Source: Bdellovibrionales bacterium
GTDB lineage: Bacteria; Bdellovibrionota; Bdellovibrionia; Bdellovibrionales; UBA1609
Length of the DNA: 64,000 nt
Direction of reading: 5' to 3'
Assembly: GCA_965261545.1 (NCBI GenBank)
Contig: CBDHDF010000007.1
Span: 224,001 to 288,000, forward strand
Shown: one piece after another, positions 1 through 11,797 of the stretch
Position numbering within the stretch: position 1 is the first letter of the stretch
How the letters are laid out: each line of letters opens with the position of its first letter
Program-made: the position numbers and the translations under genes
Notes under the pieces: model-generated
The model's database searches: none
Told to the model about the DNA's origin: nothing
The model's input: the letters and a program-made list of their open reading frames with translations, nothing else

Positions 1-611
1 GCTCTCTTACAGTGACCGACATTAACACCACATGGACAGAGTGTCGGGCTATGTTTACCAAGAAAGGGACGGAGGTGAGAAGGCAAATCAACAACATTAA
101 CCAAGCTATACCTTTTAAACTACTGGCCATGAACTCAGACTCAGGAAGTGAGTTCTTAAACAAGCCTGTCCTTCAATTCACCCAATTATCTAACATCAAG
201 TTCACTCGTTCTCGCCCCTACAAAAAGAATGACAACTGCTACATTGAGCAAAAAAACTTCACCCACGTCAGAGAATTGTTTGGCTATGAGAGGTTTGAAG
301 ATCCAAGGCTAGTTCCTTTAATGAATGACATTTATAAAAACCACTGGAGTCCCCTCCAGAACTTCTTTCTCCCCACATTTAAACTTCAGGAAAAGGTACG
401 AGTGGGAGCCAGAATCAAGAAAAAGTATGGCACCCCTAAGACTCCCTATCAGAGAGTTATTGAAAGTGGGGTATTAAACCATGAGGAGGATGAAGCACTG
501 AGGAGGCGTAAAGCTGAACTCAACCCCTTTGAGCTAAAGAGGGGACTTGAACTAAAACTTAAAGAGTTTTTCAAATTAGTACGACAGGAAAATATCAAGG
601 AGGTGGCATAA
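1..611 (+). CDS. Integrase-core (rve/DDE) transposase, C-terminal part, ISNCY/IS481-like; 5' end outside window
   Basis: Motifs NSDSGSEFLN and TRSRPYKKNDNCYIEQKN typical of rve-type transposases. The element end at ~665 abuts and truncates istB of IS21-A copy 1. Confidence 0.8.
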   Translation, partial: SLTVTDINTTWTECRAMFTKKGTEVRRQINNINQAIPFKLLAMNSDSGSEFLNKPVLQFTQLSNIKFTRSRPYKKNDNCYIEQKNFTHVRELFGYERFEDPRLVPLMNDIYKNHWSPLQNFFLPTFKLQEKVRVGARIKKKYGTPKTPYQRVIESGVLNHEEDEALRRRKAELNPFELKRGLELKLKEFFKLVRQENIKEVA

Positions 612-665
612 GATGAGCAAAATGACAAACCGCTCCTTGGTGTCGTTTACTTATGACCCAATACG

Positions 666-2755
666 CGCCATCGCTGGAAGTCGGAGTTTTTTAAGAGAAC
701 CTATAAGTTCTTCGTGATTCATTAAGAACCTCCTATGTTTGGAACAAGACTGTCATATTGAGACAATCTAGGTTGAAGTGGTTTTTGTTGGTCATTCAAA
801 TTAATTTTGGTGGGATTTCCTAAGAGCAAATCTTTTATGGATTTAAAGTCGAAAATCTCACGACTTTCTAATTGAAGCTCCATGGCTGTAGATAAGTCCT
901 GCCAACTCACATGCTGAATCAAGTTGATAACTCTTAAATATTCATGCTCGGCACGGCTTGAATCTTGTTGCTTGAGGTATTGATAAAAATTTTCAAACAC
1001 ATTTGTTGGAAAAAGAATGGATCGGTGAGCCCATCTTACCATGGCTTGCGGCTTACGAACTAAAGAGGGAAGGATATGTTCAAGAAGAAGACTATGCTCC
1101 CCATCAGGTTTTCTTTGATGGCGAGCGACAATTTCTTGCTTCCCTCCTGCACGATAGATCGTGACATGATAGGGACCCTGTACGGTTTTACAGGGAGATT
1201 GGATCACCTCATCAGGTATGGAATATGTGGTTTTACCTATTCTCAAAGTCCCATAACCATTACTTTGACAAATATTCACCTTACAGAGAATATCTTCATC
1301 TCGTGGAGGCAAAGGCTTAAGAACTTTGGCCTCCTCCTCAAAGCGAGATTTGGTGGAGTCACTCTGATGCTGATCCATATAAGACTCTAAAAACTGATTC
1401 AAATGATCCCAGTCTTTAAAAACAATTCCTTTGTTTCTAACAATATTTTTTATCCGAGAACTGAAGGTTCGAATATCACGCTCCACATCTCCCTTGTCAG
1501 AGCCCTTCCCTGCGCGGCAGGGAAGAACCTTAAATCCATAGTATTGGATGGCTCGATCAAAAGATTGGGTGTAAATTCGCTGATTTCCTTTAAGAACTTT
1601 CTTCACACAGGGAGATAAATTATCAATACGGATGTTCGCACTCATCCCACCTATCTTTTCAAAAAAAGCATGCACCCCATCGATGAAACACTCATAGACA
1701 AGAAAGGGGTAGGCACGAACCCAACAGGTGCCACTACAAGGCAATGTTCCAAAATGGAGATGAACGATCTGAACACCATCGGCAAATGGTAAAGCAACCT
1801 TCTCCTTAAAATCAAACTGAGCCTGTTCTCCAGGATCATATCTTTGGCTGAAAAAACGCTCCTTGGGGCGAGAACCAAGAATCTCACAAACTCTTCTCTG
1901 AACCGTTCTCTCACTCCCACGATAACCCTCCTCAACTAATAGCTCATATATTTCACGGGCGGTGTTACTTGGGTTCAACTTCAAAAAGTACTTCACCCGA
2001 TCCATATATCCATTAAGGGGATCTGGGCGAGTTCTTTTGGACCTCGCCTTGTACTTCGGTGGGGTGTTGGACTTACAGTACTTGCGCACCGTCTTACGAT
2101 TGATCCCTAATTCACGAGATATTTCTGTCTTATTTTTACCACTGTGACTCAGGTCACGAATGCGGCCGAAAGTGTATTGACTAATCATAAGATCCTCCTC
2201 ATTGCTAACCTTTTGAGTTGCAAAAGGGAGGGACTCTGTGAGCTTAGTATCTATATCAGAAGAAGAGACTTCATTGTCTAGTATTTGAACACTCCCTGAA
2301 GATTGGTCACTTTTCATTGGCGACAACCTCCATATTGAAAGTGGGACATTTTAATTGGCGACGGCTTTAAGGGAAGCCTGTCTTCAAAAAGAAATTCCAT
2401 GAAAATTGAGGCAAATGTTGGAATCTTGTGGAATTTAAATACTTTAGAAAATGGGCACAGCCTAAACAGGCTTTTCTTGACTATATATTTAACCTCATTG
2501 AAATCCAGAAACAGTCTACAAATGAGAAATATGGAACCTGAATAGGCTGTCATGGAAGGACTCTCCAACACGGAGCCCCTTTCCAGGTCGACAAGAACCC
2601 AAAAGGAGTTCTTATCAGCTCGGAGCCTTTTTATGAGTAATATCAATTGATTATATGCGTCTCGGTTGACAATGCCAAAAATCACCATAGGTCCTCCTCT
2701 GAAAAGTGGCCACTTTTCATTGGCGACGGTGGGGCATTTTAATTGTCAGCTAACA
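666..2755 (-). mobile_element. IS21-family element A, copy 1 (left end, istA, first 57 bp of istB)
   Basis: Left end TGTTAGCTGACAATTAAAATGCCCCAC is identical to that at 49832. Bases 666-722 match the istB start at 54004. Confidence 0.92.
722..2188 (-). CDS. istA: IS21 transposase IstA (intact, ~488 aa)
   Basis: N-terminal HTH (ISRELGINRKTVRKY), PGEQAQFDF, RIDN, KGDVER. Likely start MISQ after a GAGGAGG RBS. Confidence 0.92.
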   Translation of the reverse strand: MISQYTFGRIRDLSHSGKNKTEISRELGINRKTVRKYCKSNTPPKYKARSKRTRPDPLNGYMDRVKYFLKLNPSNTAREIYELLVEEGYRGSERTVQRRVCEILGSRPKERFFSQRYDPGEQAQFDFKEKVALPFADGVQIVHLHFGTLPCSGTCWVRAYPFLVYECFIDGVHAFFEKIGGMSANIRIDNLSPCVKKVLKGNQRIYTQSFDRAIQYYGFKVLPCRAGKGSDKGDVERDIRTFSSRIKNIVRNKGIVFKDWDHLNQFLESYMDQHQSDSTKSRFEEEAKVLKPLPPRDEDILCKVNICQSNGYGTLRIGKTTYSIPDEVIQSPCKTVQGPYHVTIYRAGGKQEIVARHQRKPDGEHSLLLEHILPSLVRKPQAMVRWAHRSILFPTNVFENFYQYLKQQDSSRAEHEYLRVINLIQHVSWQDLSTAMELQLESREIFDFKSIKDLLLGNPTKINLNDQQKPLQPRLSQYDSLVPNIGGS

Positions 2756-2760
2756 AATAG

Positions 2761-4469
2761 TTACTATGAATCTCCGGGGTAGTTTGGACGCACGAATCCA
2801 CTATCCGTTCTTCGAATTTTTTCAAATGTCCGAGTTTTTAAATCATCCTACATTACATGAAATCATACTTTTTTAACGCTCTAATCCACCTTGGTGCATT
2901 TTTTTTCACCATGAGCTTTTCATAGTCAATTCCAGGGTCTTTGTAGGGGGTGTCATTACTTATGACTGAATAAACAACTCCCATCATTTTGTGACCAACG
3001 GCAATCACTGATCTCTTGTGCCCACGCCTTATAACAAGTGATTGGTATTTGCCTTTGAATTGTGAATTCGTCTTAATAGCACTATTGGCCATCTCACATA
3101 CCAACGATTTCACATATGTGTTCGCTTTCCTCGTTCGTGAAGACTTTTTTTCCTGCGCTCTCATTATTGGATGGGCAAATCCCCATCCAGGAGCAAAAAT
3201 TTCCTTTATTTTTAAAAGACTTCACATTGCCTCCTATTTCTGCAATCAAAAGCGCTGCACTTAATTCGTCAATTCCAGGTATAGTCTGGAGTAGATGCCA
3301 CTGCCTTTCATAGGGTTTCATACGAATGAAAAGTTCTTCTTCAATTTGAGAGCATTCTTTTTTCAAAAAATCTATTCGATCAAGAATGCGTTGAAGAACA
3401 AAACGATTTTCTTCCGTCATCTTTCCCGACAGGGCGTAAGAAAATTCTTCGGTCTTTTGACGTAAAGACCCTCTGGCAAGAGACATCAATTTAGAAACTG
3501 ATCTCTCTCCATTAGCTATGGCACGAATCATGGCCATACCAGATACGCAGTCAGCTTTAGACATTGCATAGGTTAAACGAATGCCTGAATATTCAAGAAC
3601 CTTATACATACGATTTTGTTCCGAAGATATTTGGCGGATCGTTTTTGTACGATAACGAGCCAAAAGTCTAATAGAACGAATCTCACGTGGAGGAATGAAG
3701 CTAGCTCTTAGAAGACCACAAGCACCAAGCTCTGCAATCCACTGGCTATCCAACACGTCAGTTTTTTTACCAGTAATATTTTTGACATGAAAGGCATTGA
3801 TAACATCTACTTCATAACCTTTTTCTGTCAAATCATCGTATAAAGAATTCCAATAAATCCATCCCTGTGCTCTCAAAAAGAACTCTCTCAACCTTATGTG
3901 GCTTCATCCAAGAGCGCATTCTAGGAAAATTTTTTGGAAAATTCTTGAACTCTTTTGTGAAAAACTTCTTCTTACCGTCTTCCACTTTGACAATCGTACA
4001 CATCAACATATGTTGATGAACATCTATTCCACAAACAGAACTATAAATAATATCCACATGACTCCTCCTTTCTGTTAGAAAAAAAGAAGGTGATAAAACT
4101 AGAGCCTTGGGATTTTGCCATAAATTCTAAAGCGAAAATAGGTCAACTTACTATACGTCCATACACTCAGAGTGCAGGTACATGCGTGGGTTCGATCCAA
4201 AGCTCAAGACCATGTTACTTCACGGAATTAAAATTACCAATCTATTCAACGGCCACTCATCTTATCACCTTCCAATAATGTTATTGCTTTATCCTTTATT
4301 GTATCGGAATCATACATGACAAAAATACCATCAAAAGTCCAGAGTAACTAAAAGAGGCCAATTATATAGACCAGCGAAGCTGTCCACCGAGTTGCTTCGT
4401 GCAAAGAAGTGGGGGCCTAGATAAGATTCATGGGCGTGGGTGGGGAAGCAAGGCGCCCCCATGAATGTT
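2761..4469 (-). mobile_element. IS110-family element, copy 1 (recombinase doubly frameshifted)
   Basis: Same sequence as the intact copies except a 4-bp ATCC duplication near 3858 and an A7 rather than A9 tract. AA core at both ends. Confidence 0.95.
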
Positions 4470-4815
4470 ACACATTTTCCATATTGGTGACTTTGGAAGT
4501 ATCCCAACCACTGACATCTGGGTTTGCCTTGATGGCTCCTAAAAACATACCTTTCATATCTTTAACCATAGAGGTGTCCCACCCACTTGTATCTGGATTT
4601 ACCTCAGCGGCATTTCGAAATAAATTCGCCATATCAACAACCTTGGAGGTATTCCAGCTACTTGTATTTGGATTTGCCTTGGTGGTCCCCAAAAACATAC
4701 CTCTCATATCTTTAACCATAGAGGTGTCCCAACCATTCGTATCTGGTATGGCTAAAACAGCTCTGTGAAACATATTTTTCATATTCGTAACAGCTGACAT
4801 ATTTCCTCCAAGGAC
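4470..4815 (-). repeat. 346-bp duplicated fragment of the BspA-repeat gene
   Basis: Matches 8572-8917 and 6521-6866. Confidence 0.95.
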
Positions 4816-6520
4816 TTACTATGAATCTCCGGGGTAGTTTGGACGCACGAATCCACTATCCGTTCTTCGAATTTTTTCAAATGTCCGAGTTTTTAAATCA
4901 TCCTACATTACATGAAATCATACTTTTTTAACGCTCTAATCCACCTTGGTGCATTTTTTTTCACCATGAGCTTTTCATAGTCAATTCCAGGGTCTTTGTA
5001 GGGGGTGTCATTACTTATGACTGAATAAACAACTCCCATCATTTTGTGACCAACGGCAATCACTGATCTCTTGTGCCCACGCCTTATAACAAGTGATTGG
5101 TATTTGCCTTTGAATTGTGAATTCGTCTTAATAGCACTATTGGCCATCTCACATACCAACGATTTCACATATGTGTTCGCTTTCCTCGTTCGTGAAGACT
5201 TTTTTTCCTGCGCTCTCATTATTGGATGGGCAAATCCCCATCCAGGAGCAAAAATTTCCTTTATTTTTAAAAGACTTCACATTGCCTCCTATTTCTGCAA
5301 TCAAAAGCGCTGCACTTAATTCGTCAATTCCAGGTATAGTCTGGAGTAGATGCCACTGCCTTTCATAGGGTTTCATACGAATGAAAAGTTCTTCTTCAAT
5401 TTGAGAGCATTCTTTTTTCAAAAAATCTATTCGATCAAGAATGCGTTGAAGAACAAAACGATTTTCTTCCGTCATCTTTCCCGACAGGGCGTAAGAAAAT
5501 TCTTCGGTCTTTTGACGTAAAGACCCTCTGGCAAGAGACATCAATTTAGAAACTGATCTCTCTCCATTAGCTATGGCACGAATCATGGCCATACCAGATA
5601 CGCAGTCAGCTTTAGACATTGCATAGGTTAAACGAATGCCTGAATATTCAAGAACCTTATACATACGATTTTGTTCCGAAGATATTTGGCGGATCGTTTT
5701 TGTACGATAACGAGCCAAAAGTCTAATAGAACGAATCTCACGTGGAGGAATGAAGCTAGCTCTTAGAAGACCACAAGCACCAAGCTCTGCAATCCACTGG
5801 CTATCCAACACGTCAGTTTTTTTACCAGTAATATTTTTGACATGAAAGGCATTGATAACATCTACTTCATAACCTTTTTCTGTCAAATCATCGTATAAAG
5901 AATTCCAATAAATCCCTGTGCTCTCAAAAAGAACTCTCTCAACCTTATGTGGCTTCATCCAAGAGCGCATTCTAGGAAAATTTTTTGGAAAATTCTTGAA
6001 CTCTTTTGTGAAAAACTTCTTCTTACCGTCTTCCACTTTGACAATCGTACACATCAACATATGTTGATGAACATCTATTCCACAAACAGAACTATAAATA
6101 ATATCCACATGACTCCTCCTTTCTGTTAGAAAAAAAGAAGGTGATAAAACTAGAGCCTTGGGATTTTGCCATAAATTCTAAAGCGAAAATAGGTCAACTT
6201 ACTATACGTCCATACACTCAGAGTGCAGGTACATGCGTGGGTTCGATCCAAAGCTCAAGACCATGTTACTTCACGGAATTAAAATTACCAATCTATTCAA
6301 CGGCCACTCATCTTATCACCTTCCAATAATGTTATTGCTTTATCCTTTATTGTATCGGAATCATACATGACAAAAATACCATCAAAAGTCCAGAGTAACT
6401 AAAAGAGGCCAATTATATAGACCAGCGAAGCTGTCCACCGAGTTGCTTCGTGCAAAGAAGTGGGGGCCTAGATAAGATTCATGGGCGTGGGTGGGGAAGC
6501 AAGGCGCCCCCATGAATGTT
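4816..6520 (-). mobile_element. IS110-family element, copy 2 (A7 frameshift)
   Basis: 1705 bp. ORF split into 5149-6108 and 4908-5219. Confidence 0.95.
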
Positions 6521-6866
6521 ACACATTTTCCATATTGGTGACTTTGGAAGTATCCCAACCACTGACATCTGGGTTTGCCTTGATGGCTCCTAAAAACATA
6601 CCTTTCATATCTTTAACCATAGAGGTGTCCCACCCACTTGTATCTGGATTTACCTCAGCGGCATTTCGAAATAAATTCGCCATATCAACAACCTTGGAGG
6701 TATTCCAGCTACTTGTATTTGGATTTGCCTTGGTGGTCCCCAAAAACATACCTCTCATATCTTTAACCATAGAGGTGTCCCAACCATTCGTATCTGGTAT
6801 GGCTAAAACAGCTCTGTGAAACATATTTTTCATATTCGTAACAGCTGACATATTTCCTCCAAGGAC
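6521..6866 (-). repeat. 346-bp duplicated fragment of the BspA-repeat gene
   Basis: Matches 8572-8917. Part of a 2051-bp tandem unit. Confidence 0.95.
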
Positions 6867-8571
6867 TTACTATGAATCTCCGGGGTAGTTTGGACGCACG
6901 AATCCACTATCCGTTCTTCGAATTTTTTCAAATGTCCGAGTTTTTAAATCATCCTACATTACATGAAATCATACTTTTTTAACGCTCTAATCCACCTTGG
7001 TGCATTTTTTTTCACCATGAGCTTTTCATAGTCAATTCCAGGGTCTTTGTAGGGGGTGTCATTACTTATGACTGAATAAACAACTCCCATCATTTTGTGA
7101 CCAACGGCAATCACTGATCTCTTGTGCCCACGCCTTATAACAAGTGATTGGTATTTGCCTTTGAATTGTGAATTCGTCTTAATAGCACTATTGGCCATCT
7201 CACATACCAACGATTTCACATATGTGTTCGCTTTCCTCGTTCGTGAAGACTTTTTTTCCTGCGCTCTCATTATTGGATGGGCAAATCCCCATCCAGGAGC
7301 AAAAATTTCCTTTATTTTTAAAAGACTTCACATTGCCTCCTATTTCTGCAATCAAAAGCGCTGCACTTAATTCGTCAATTCCAGGTATAGTCTGGAGTAG
7401 ATGCCACTGCCTTTCATAGGGTTTCATACGAATGAAAAGTTCTTCTTCAATTTGAGAGCATTCTTTTTTCAAAAAATCTATTCGATCAAGAATGCGTTGA
7501 AGAACAAAACGATTTTCTTCCGTCATCTTTCCCGACAGGGCGTAAGAAAATTCTTCGGTCTTTTGACGTAAAGACCCTCTGGCAAGAGACATCAATTTAG
7601 AAACTGATCTCTCTCCATTAGCTATGGCACGAATCATGGCCATACCAGATACGCAGTCAGCTTTAGACATTGCATAGGTTAAACGAATGCCTGAATATTC
7701 AAGAACCTTATACATACGATTTTGTTCCGAAGATATTTGGCGGATCGTTTTTGTACGATAACGAGCCAAAAGTCTAATAGAACGAATCTCACGTGGAGGA
7801 ATGAAGCTAGCTCTTAGAAGACCACAAGCACCAAGCTCTGCAATCCACTGGCTATCCAACACGTCAGTTTTTTTACCAGTAATATTTTTGACATGAAAGG
7901 CATTGATAACATCTACTTCATAACCTTTTTCTGTCAAATCATCGTATAAAGAATTCCAATAAATCCCTGTGCTCTCAAAAAGAACTCTCTCAACCTTATG
8001 TGGCTTCATCCAAGAGCGCATTCTAGGAAAATTTTTTGGAAAATTCTTGAACTCTTTTGTGAAAAACTTCTTCTTACCGTCTTCCACTTTGACAATCGTA
8101 CACATCAACATATGTTGATGAACATCTATTCCACAAACAGAACTATAAATAATATCCACATGACTCCTCCTTTCTGTTAGAAAAAAAGAAGGTGATAAAA
8201 CTAGAGCCTTGGGATTTTGCCATAAATTCTAAAGCGAAAATAGGTCAACTTACTATACGTCCATACACTCAGAGTGCAGGTACATGCGTGGGTTCGATCC
8301 AAAGCTCAAGACCATGTTACTTCACGGAATTAAAATTACCAATCTATTCAACGGCCACTCATCTTATCACCTTCCAATAATGTTATTGCTTTATCCTTTA
8401 TTGTATCGGAATCATACATGACAAAAATACCATCAAAAGTCCAGAGTAACTAAAAGAGGCCAATTATATAGACCAGCGAAGCTGTCCACCGAGTTGCTTC
8501 GTGCAAAGAAGTGGGGGCCTAGATAAGATTCATGGGCGTGGGTGGGGAAGCAAGGCGCCCCCATGAATGTT
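6867..8571 (-). mobile_element. IS110-family element, copy 3 (A7 frameshift)
   Basis: 1705 bp. ORF split into 7200-8159 and 6959-7270. Confidence 0.95.
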
Positions 8572-9931
8572 ACACATTTTCCATATTGGTGACTTTGGAA
8601 GTATCCCAACCACTGACATCTGGGTTTGCCTTGATGGCTCCTAAAAACATACCTTTCATATCTTTAACCATAGAGGTGTCCCACCCACTTGTATCTGGAT
8701 TTACCTCAGCGGCATTTCGAAATAAATTCGCCATATCAACAACCTTGGAGGTATTCCAGCTACTTGTATTTGGATTTGCCTTGGTGGTCCCCAAAAACAT
8801 ACCTCTCATATCTTTAACCATAGAGGTGTCCCAACCATTCGTATCTGGTATGGCTAAAACAGCTCTGTGAAACATATTTTTCATATTCGTAACAGCTGAC
8901 ATATTTCCTCCAAGGACTTTCTTAAGGAGAGAATTACCTTTAAATGCACGAGATAGATCTTTCCATCCCATATTGCCAAAATTGACAACCTCGAAGAGTA
9001 AATTTCTTGAAGATACTGAGGTATTTTCAAAGCCCTCACAAGTACCTATTATCCTCATCGTATATTCTCCAGCTTTCGCATAGGTATGTCTCTTGTCAGT
9101 ATCCTGAAAAGATGTCACCTCGCTAACAGCAGTTTGATCTCCCCAATCCACAGTAAAATTATATTTAAGACTTGAACTTTCTTTAAGGGGAAGGGTGAAT
9201 GAAAAATCACCTTCAGGAATACGCCATTTTGTGACAAAGTGATTAATCTCGTTGGTTACGGAGGACTTGGCTACAAAATTGACGTCACTTTGACTTGCCT
9301 TGATAACAGCTGGATGAGATGATATGTCTTGCACATCAAAATTTCCTGAAAACGTGTTGTCTTGTGTGCATGATAAAATCTTTTCTACATTGGGTTCCCC
9401 AATAACAACAGTGACATCTCCAAGGTTGGAATCGCAAGTACCTTTTATGTTATAGTCTGCCATATTGGATGAAGAAATGGCAGACAATTCCTTGAAGCTC
9501 AAATCTATTGGAATGAGAATGAGATTATTATCAACAGTGACACTCTGCTTGTTTCCTTTATGGGTGACCGTAATAGTGGCTTTTTTTGAAGTGATTTGTC
9601 GGGTATCAACATATCCTGAGAAAGTATTGGAACGACAGGGTACTTCTACAGGTTTGGTTATGGGCTCTCCAATAACTATCGAAACATTTCCATTTCCCCC
9701 CAAAGCTGAATGGCAGGCTCCCCAAACAAGATATTCGCTCGCATTGGCTGAAGAAATTGGCAGAAGTGATCCATTGATACTAAGTTTTGTAACACTGAAA
9801 ACCTTTGTCTTTTTTCTATTTGATCCTTTATCACAACCCACAAAAATCATTAGAGATAAAATGAATAAAAAGTGAAACTTTAAATATTTTTTGACTATCA
9901 TGATGAATTTCCTCAAGTTGACATTTTTCAA
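8570..9931 (-). pseudogene. BspA-family (DUF285) repeat surface lipoprotein, truncated at the C-terminus by IS insertion
   Basis: Lipobox-like IFVGC, PKD-like YNFTVDWGD..HTYAKAGEY, ~22-aa repeats WDTSxVxxMxxMF. The stop codon lies at the IS110 junction in mid-repeat. Confidence 0.85.
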
Positions 9932-10111
9932 TGAGTTATCGCATGTCTATGATTCGGAGGAACAAGCTCAAAATATGAGAGTCAAGACCAAAAAGATACA
10001 TGTCAATATGATGATATTATTATCTTTAATCTTGATATTGCGAAATTTCAAGATTTTAAGGTTTCGAGAATTCAAGATTACAAGAGTGCAAGATTGAGAA
10101 TTCGGTATTCT

Positions 10112-11779
10112 CTACTTTCTCGTATAGTTCATAACGGCGACAAGACCTAAGAAACAGGCAAGACCGTAGCCGATGGCACTAAATAAAGGGAGGCTAAAAA
10201 ACATGGGACCTTTATCGAAAATAAGAATAAGAGAAGAACTTAAAAGAAGGCTTCCAATGATAAGACCTAAAAAGAGAAGATTGGAAGAAAGCTCAATGGC
10301 TCGCTTTATGTCGTTGAGTCTTTGAATCTCCACTTCAAAAGAAAAATCCGGACTGTTCATTCGGCGCAAGAACTGTTTAAGCTGTCTTGGCAAAGATAAT
10401 ATAAGGGAGTTGAAATCGCGCATGGCGATACCAGTTTCGTGAATCAATTTCTTTGGCGAATACCGCGCTTTGAGTAGTGTTTCGGAGGCAAACTCAACGG
10501 AGTAAGATAAAAAATCAAAATCCTTAAGAATGAGTTTTCCCATGGCCTCCATATCCATAATGGATTTAAAAAATAAGACAAGTTCTGAAGGAAGAAGAAT
10601 TTGGTGTCTGGAGGCAATGGATGTTGAGTCCATAAGAACTTTTCCCGCATCGATATGTTCGCTTGTCAACCCGTGGTAGGGAGAAATGAGATCCCGAAGC
10701 TCTCTGGTGAGACGGTGGACATCGACTTGACTTGTGTAGGGTGCCAGATCTACATATTCATAGGCCAACCGCTCATAGTCTTCTTGAGCTAAAGCCATGA
10801 GCATGGAAATAATGGAACTTTGAGTCCTTGGGTCCAGCCTTCCAACAGCGCCAAAATCCACGAGACCAATACGATTATTAGAAAGGAGGAGGATATTTCC
10901 AGCATGAAGATCGCCATGAAAAAGTCCATCTTTAAAAACCATTTGCATGTAACAGAGAAGACCGATCTTGAGAATTTCTTCGCGGTGGATGCTCTGGTCA
11001 TCAAAAGCCTCTTTGTGACTTAGAGGAATACCTTCCAGCCTTTCCATCACGAGAACCTGTGAGCCCGAGTGCTCACTATAAACCCTTGGAATTTTGACTT
11101 GGTGGTTATCGACAAAGTTGGCTTGAAATCGACGAATGTTGTTGGCCTCAACCATAAAGTTGGTTTCCAGAGAGATGGCATTGACGAATTCATCGATAAT
11201 ACCCACGGGGTTGTAAAGACGACTTTCAGGGACATAGCGATGGAGAAGCTTAGCGAGAGTGTAAAGAACTTCTGTGTCTTCTCGGATGAAACGATCGACC
11301 CCGGGGCGTTGAACTTTGAGAACCACAGGGTCTCCATTGTGTAAAGTGGCTTGGTAGACCTGAGCAATACTTGCAGCTCCAATGGGTATTTCATCGAAAC
11401 TGGAAAAAATGTGAATAATATCTTTTTTAAAATGATCTTTAAGAATAGGCTCCATTTGAGCAAAGGGAACCGCACGGACCTGACCGTGAAGCTTTATAAA
11501 TTCTTCGGCAAGCTCCTTGGGAATAAGGTCAGGTCTCTTTGCAATCCATTGACCTAGTTTAATAAACACAGGTCCCAATTGCTCAAAGGACATGCGCAAT
11601 CGCTCGGCAACGGTGTACTGGTTTAAGTTCGTGGAGGGAAGAAGTTTGTCAGGGACAAAGCGTCCCAGATTGGCTCTTTGCACAAGATTTTCAAATCCAT
11701 GCTTAGCAAAGACTCGAACAATTTTTTGAAGTCGTGCAGCACTTTTTAAAGGGCTCCCTCTTTTGTTTAGAATAAGCAC
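10112..11779 (-). CDS. ubiB: AarF/ABC1/UbiB-family kinase
   Basis: LGPVFIKLGQ, AASIAQVY, VVLKVQRP, FHGDLHAGN, DFG; C-terminal TM helices. Confidence 0.9.
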   Translation of the reverse strand: MLILNKRGSPLKSAARLQKIVRVFAKHGFENLVQRANLGRFVPDKLLPSTNLNQYTVAERLRMSFEQLGPVFIKLGQWIAKRPDLIPKELAEEFIKLHGQVRAVPFAQMEPILKDHFKKDIIHIFSSFDEIPIGAASIAQVYQATLHNGDPVVLKVQRPGVDRFIREDTEVLYTLAKLLHRYVPESRLYNPVGIIDEFVNAISLETNFMVEANNIRRFQANFVDNHQVKIPRVYSEHSGSQVLVMERLEGIPLSHKEAFDDQSIHREEILKIGLLCYMQMVFKDGLFHGDLHAGNILLLSNNRIGLVDFGAVGRLDPRTQSSIISMLMALAQEDYERLAYEYVDLAPYTSQVDVHRLTRELRDLISPYHGLTSEHIDAGKVLMDSTSIASRHQILLPSELVLFFKSIMDMEAMGKLILKDFDFLSYSVEFASETLLKARYSPKKLIHETGIAMRDFNSLILSLPRQLKQFLRRMNSPDFSFEVEIQRLNDIKRAIELSSNLLFLGLIIGSLLLSSSLILIFDKGPMFFSLPLFSAIGYGLACFLGLVAVMNYTRK

Positions 11780-11797
11780 GAGATTGTTCTCCTCAGG

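Noticed and set aside
4470..8917. Repeated bspA segments as a diversity-generating retroelement TR/VR pair or silent antigenic cassettes
   Set aside because: The copies appear identical, with no adenine-specific variation and no reverse transcriptase. IS110-linked tandem duplication explains them.
10040..10100. Imperfect CAAGATT repeats between bspA and ubiB
   Set aside because: They are short, degenerate and AT-rich, so no function can be supported.
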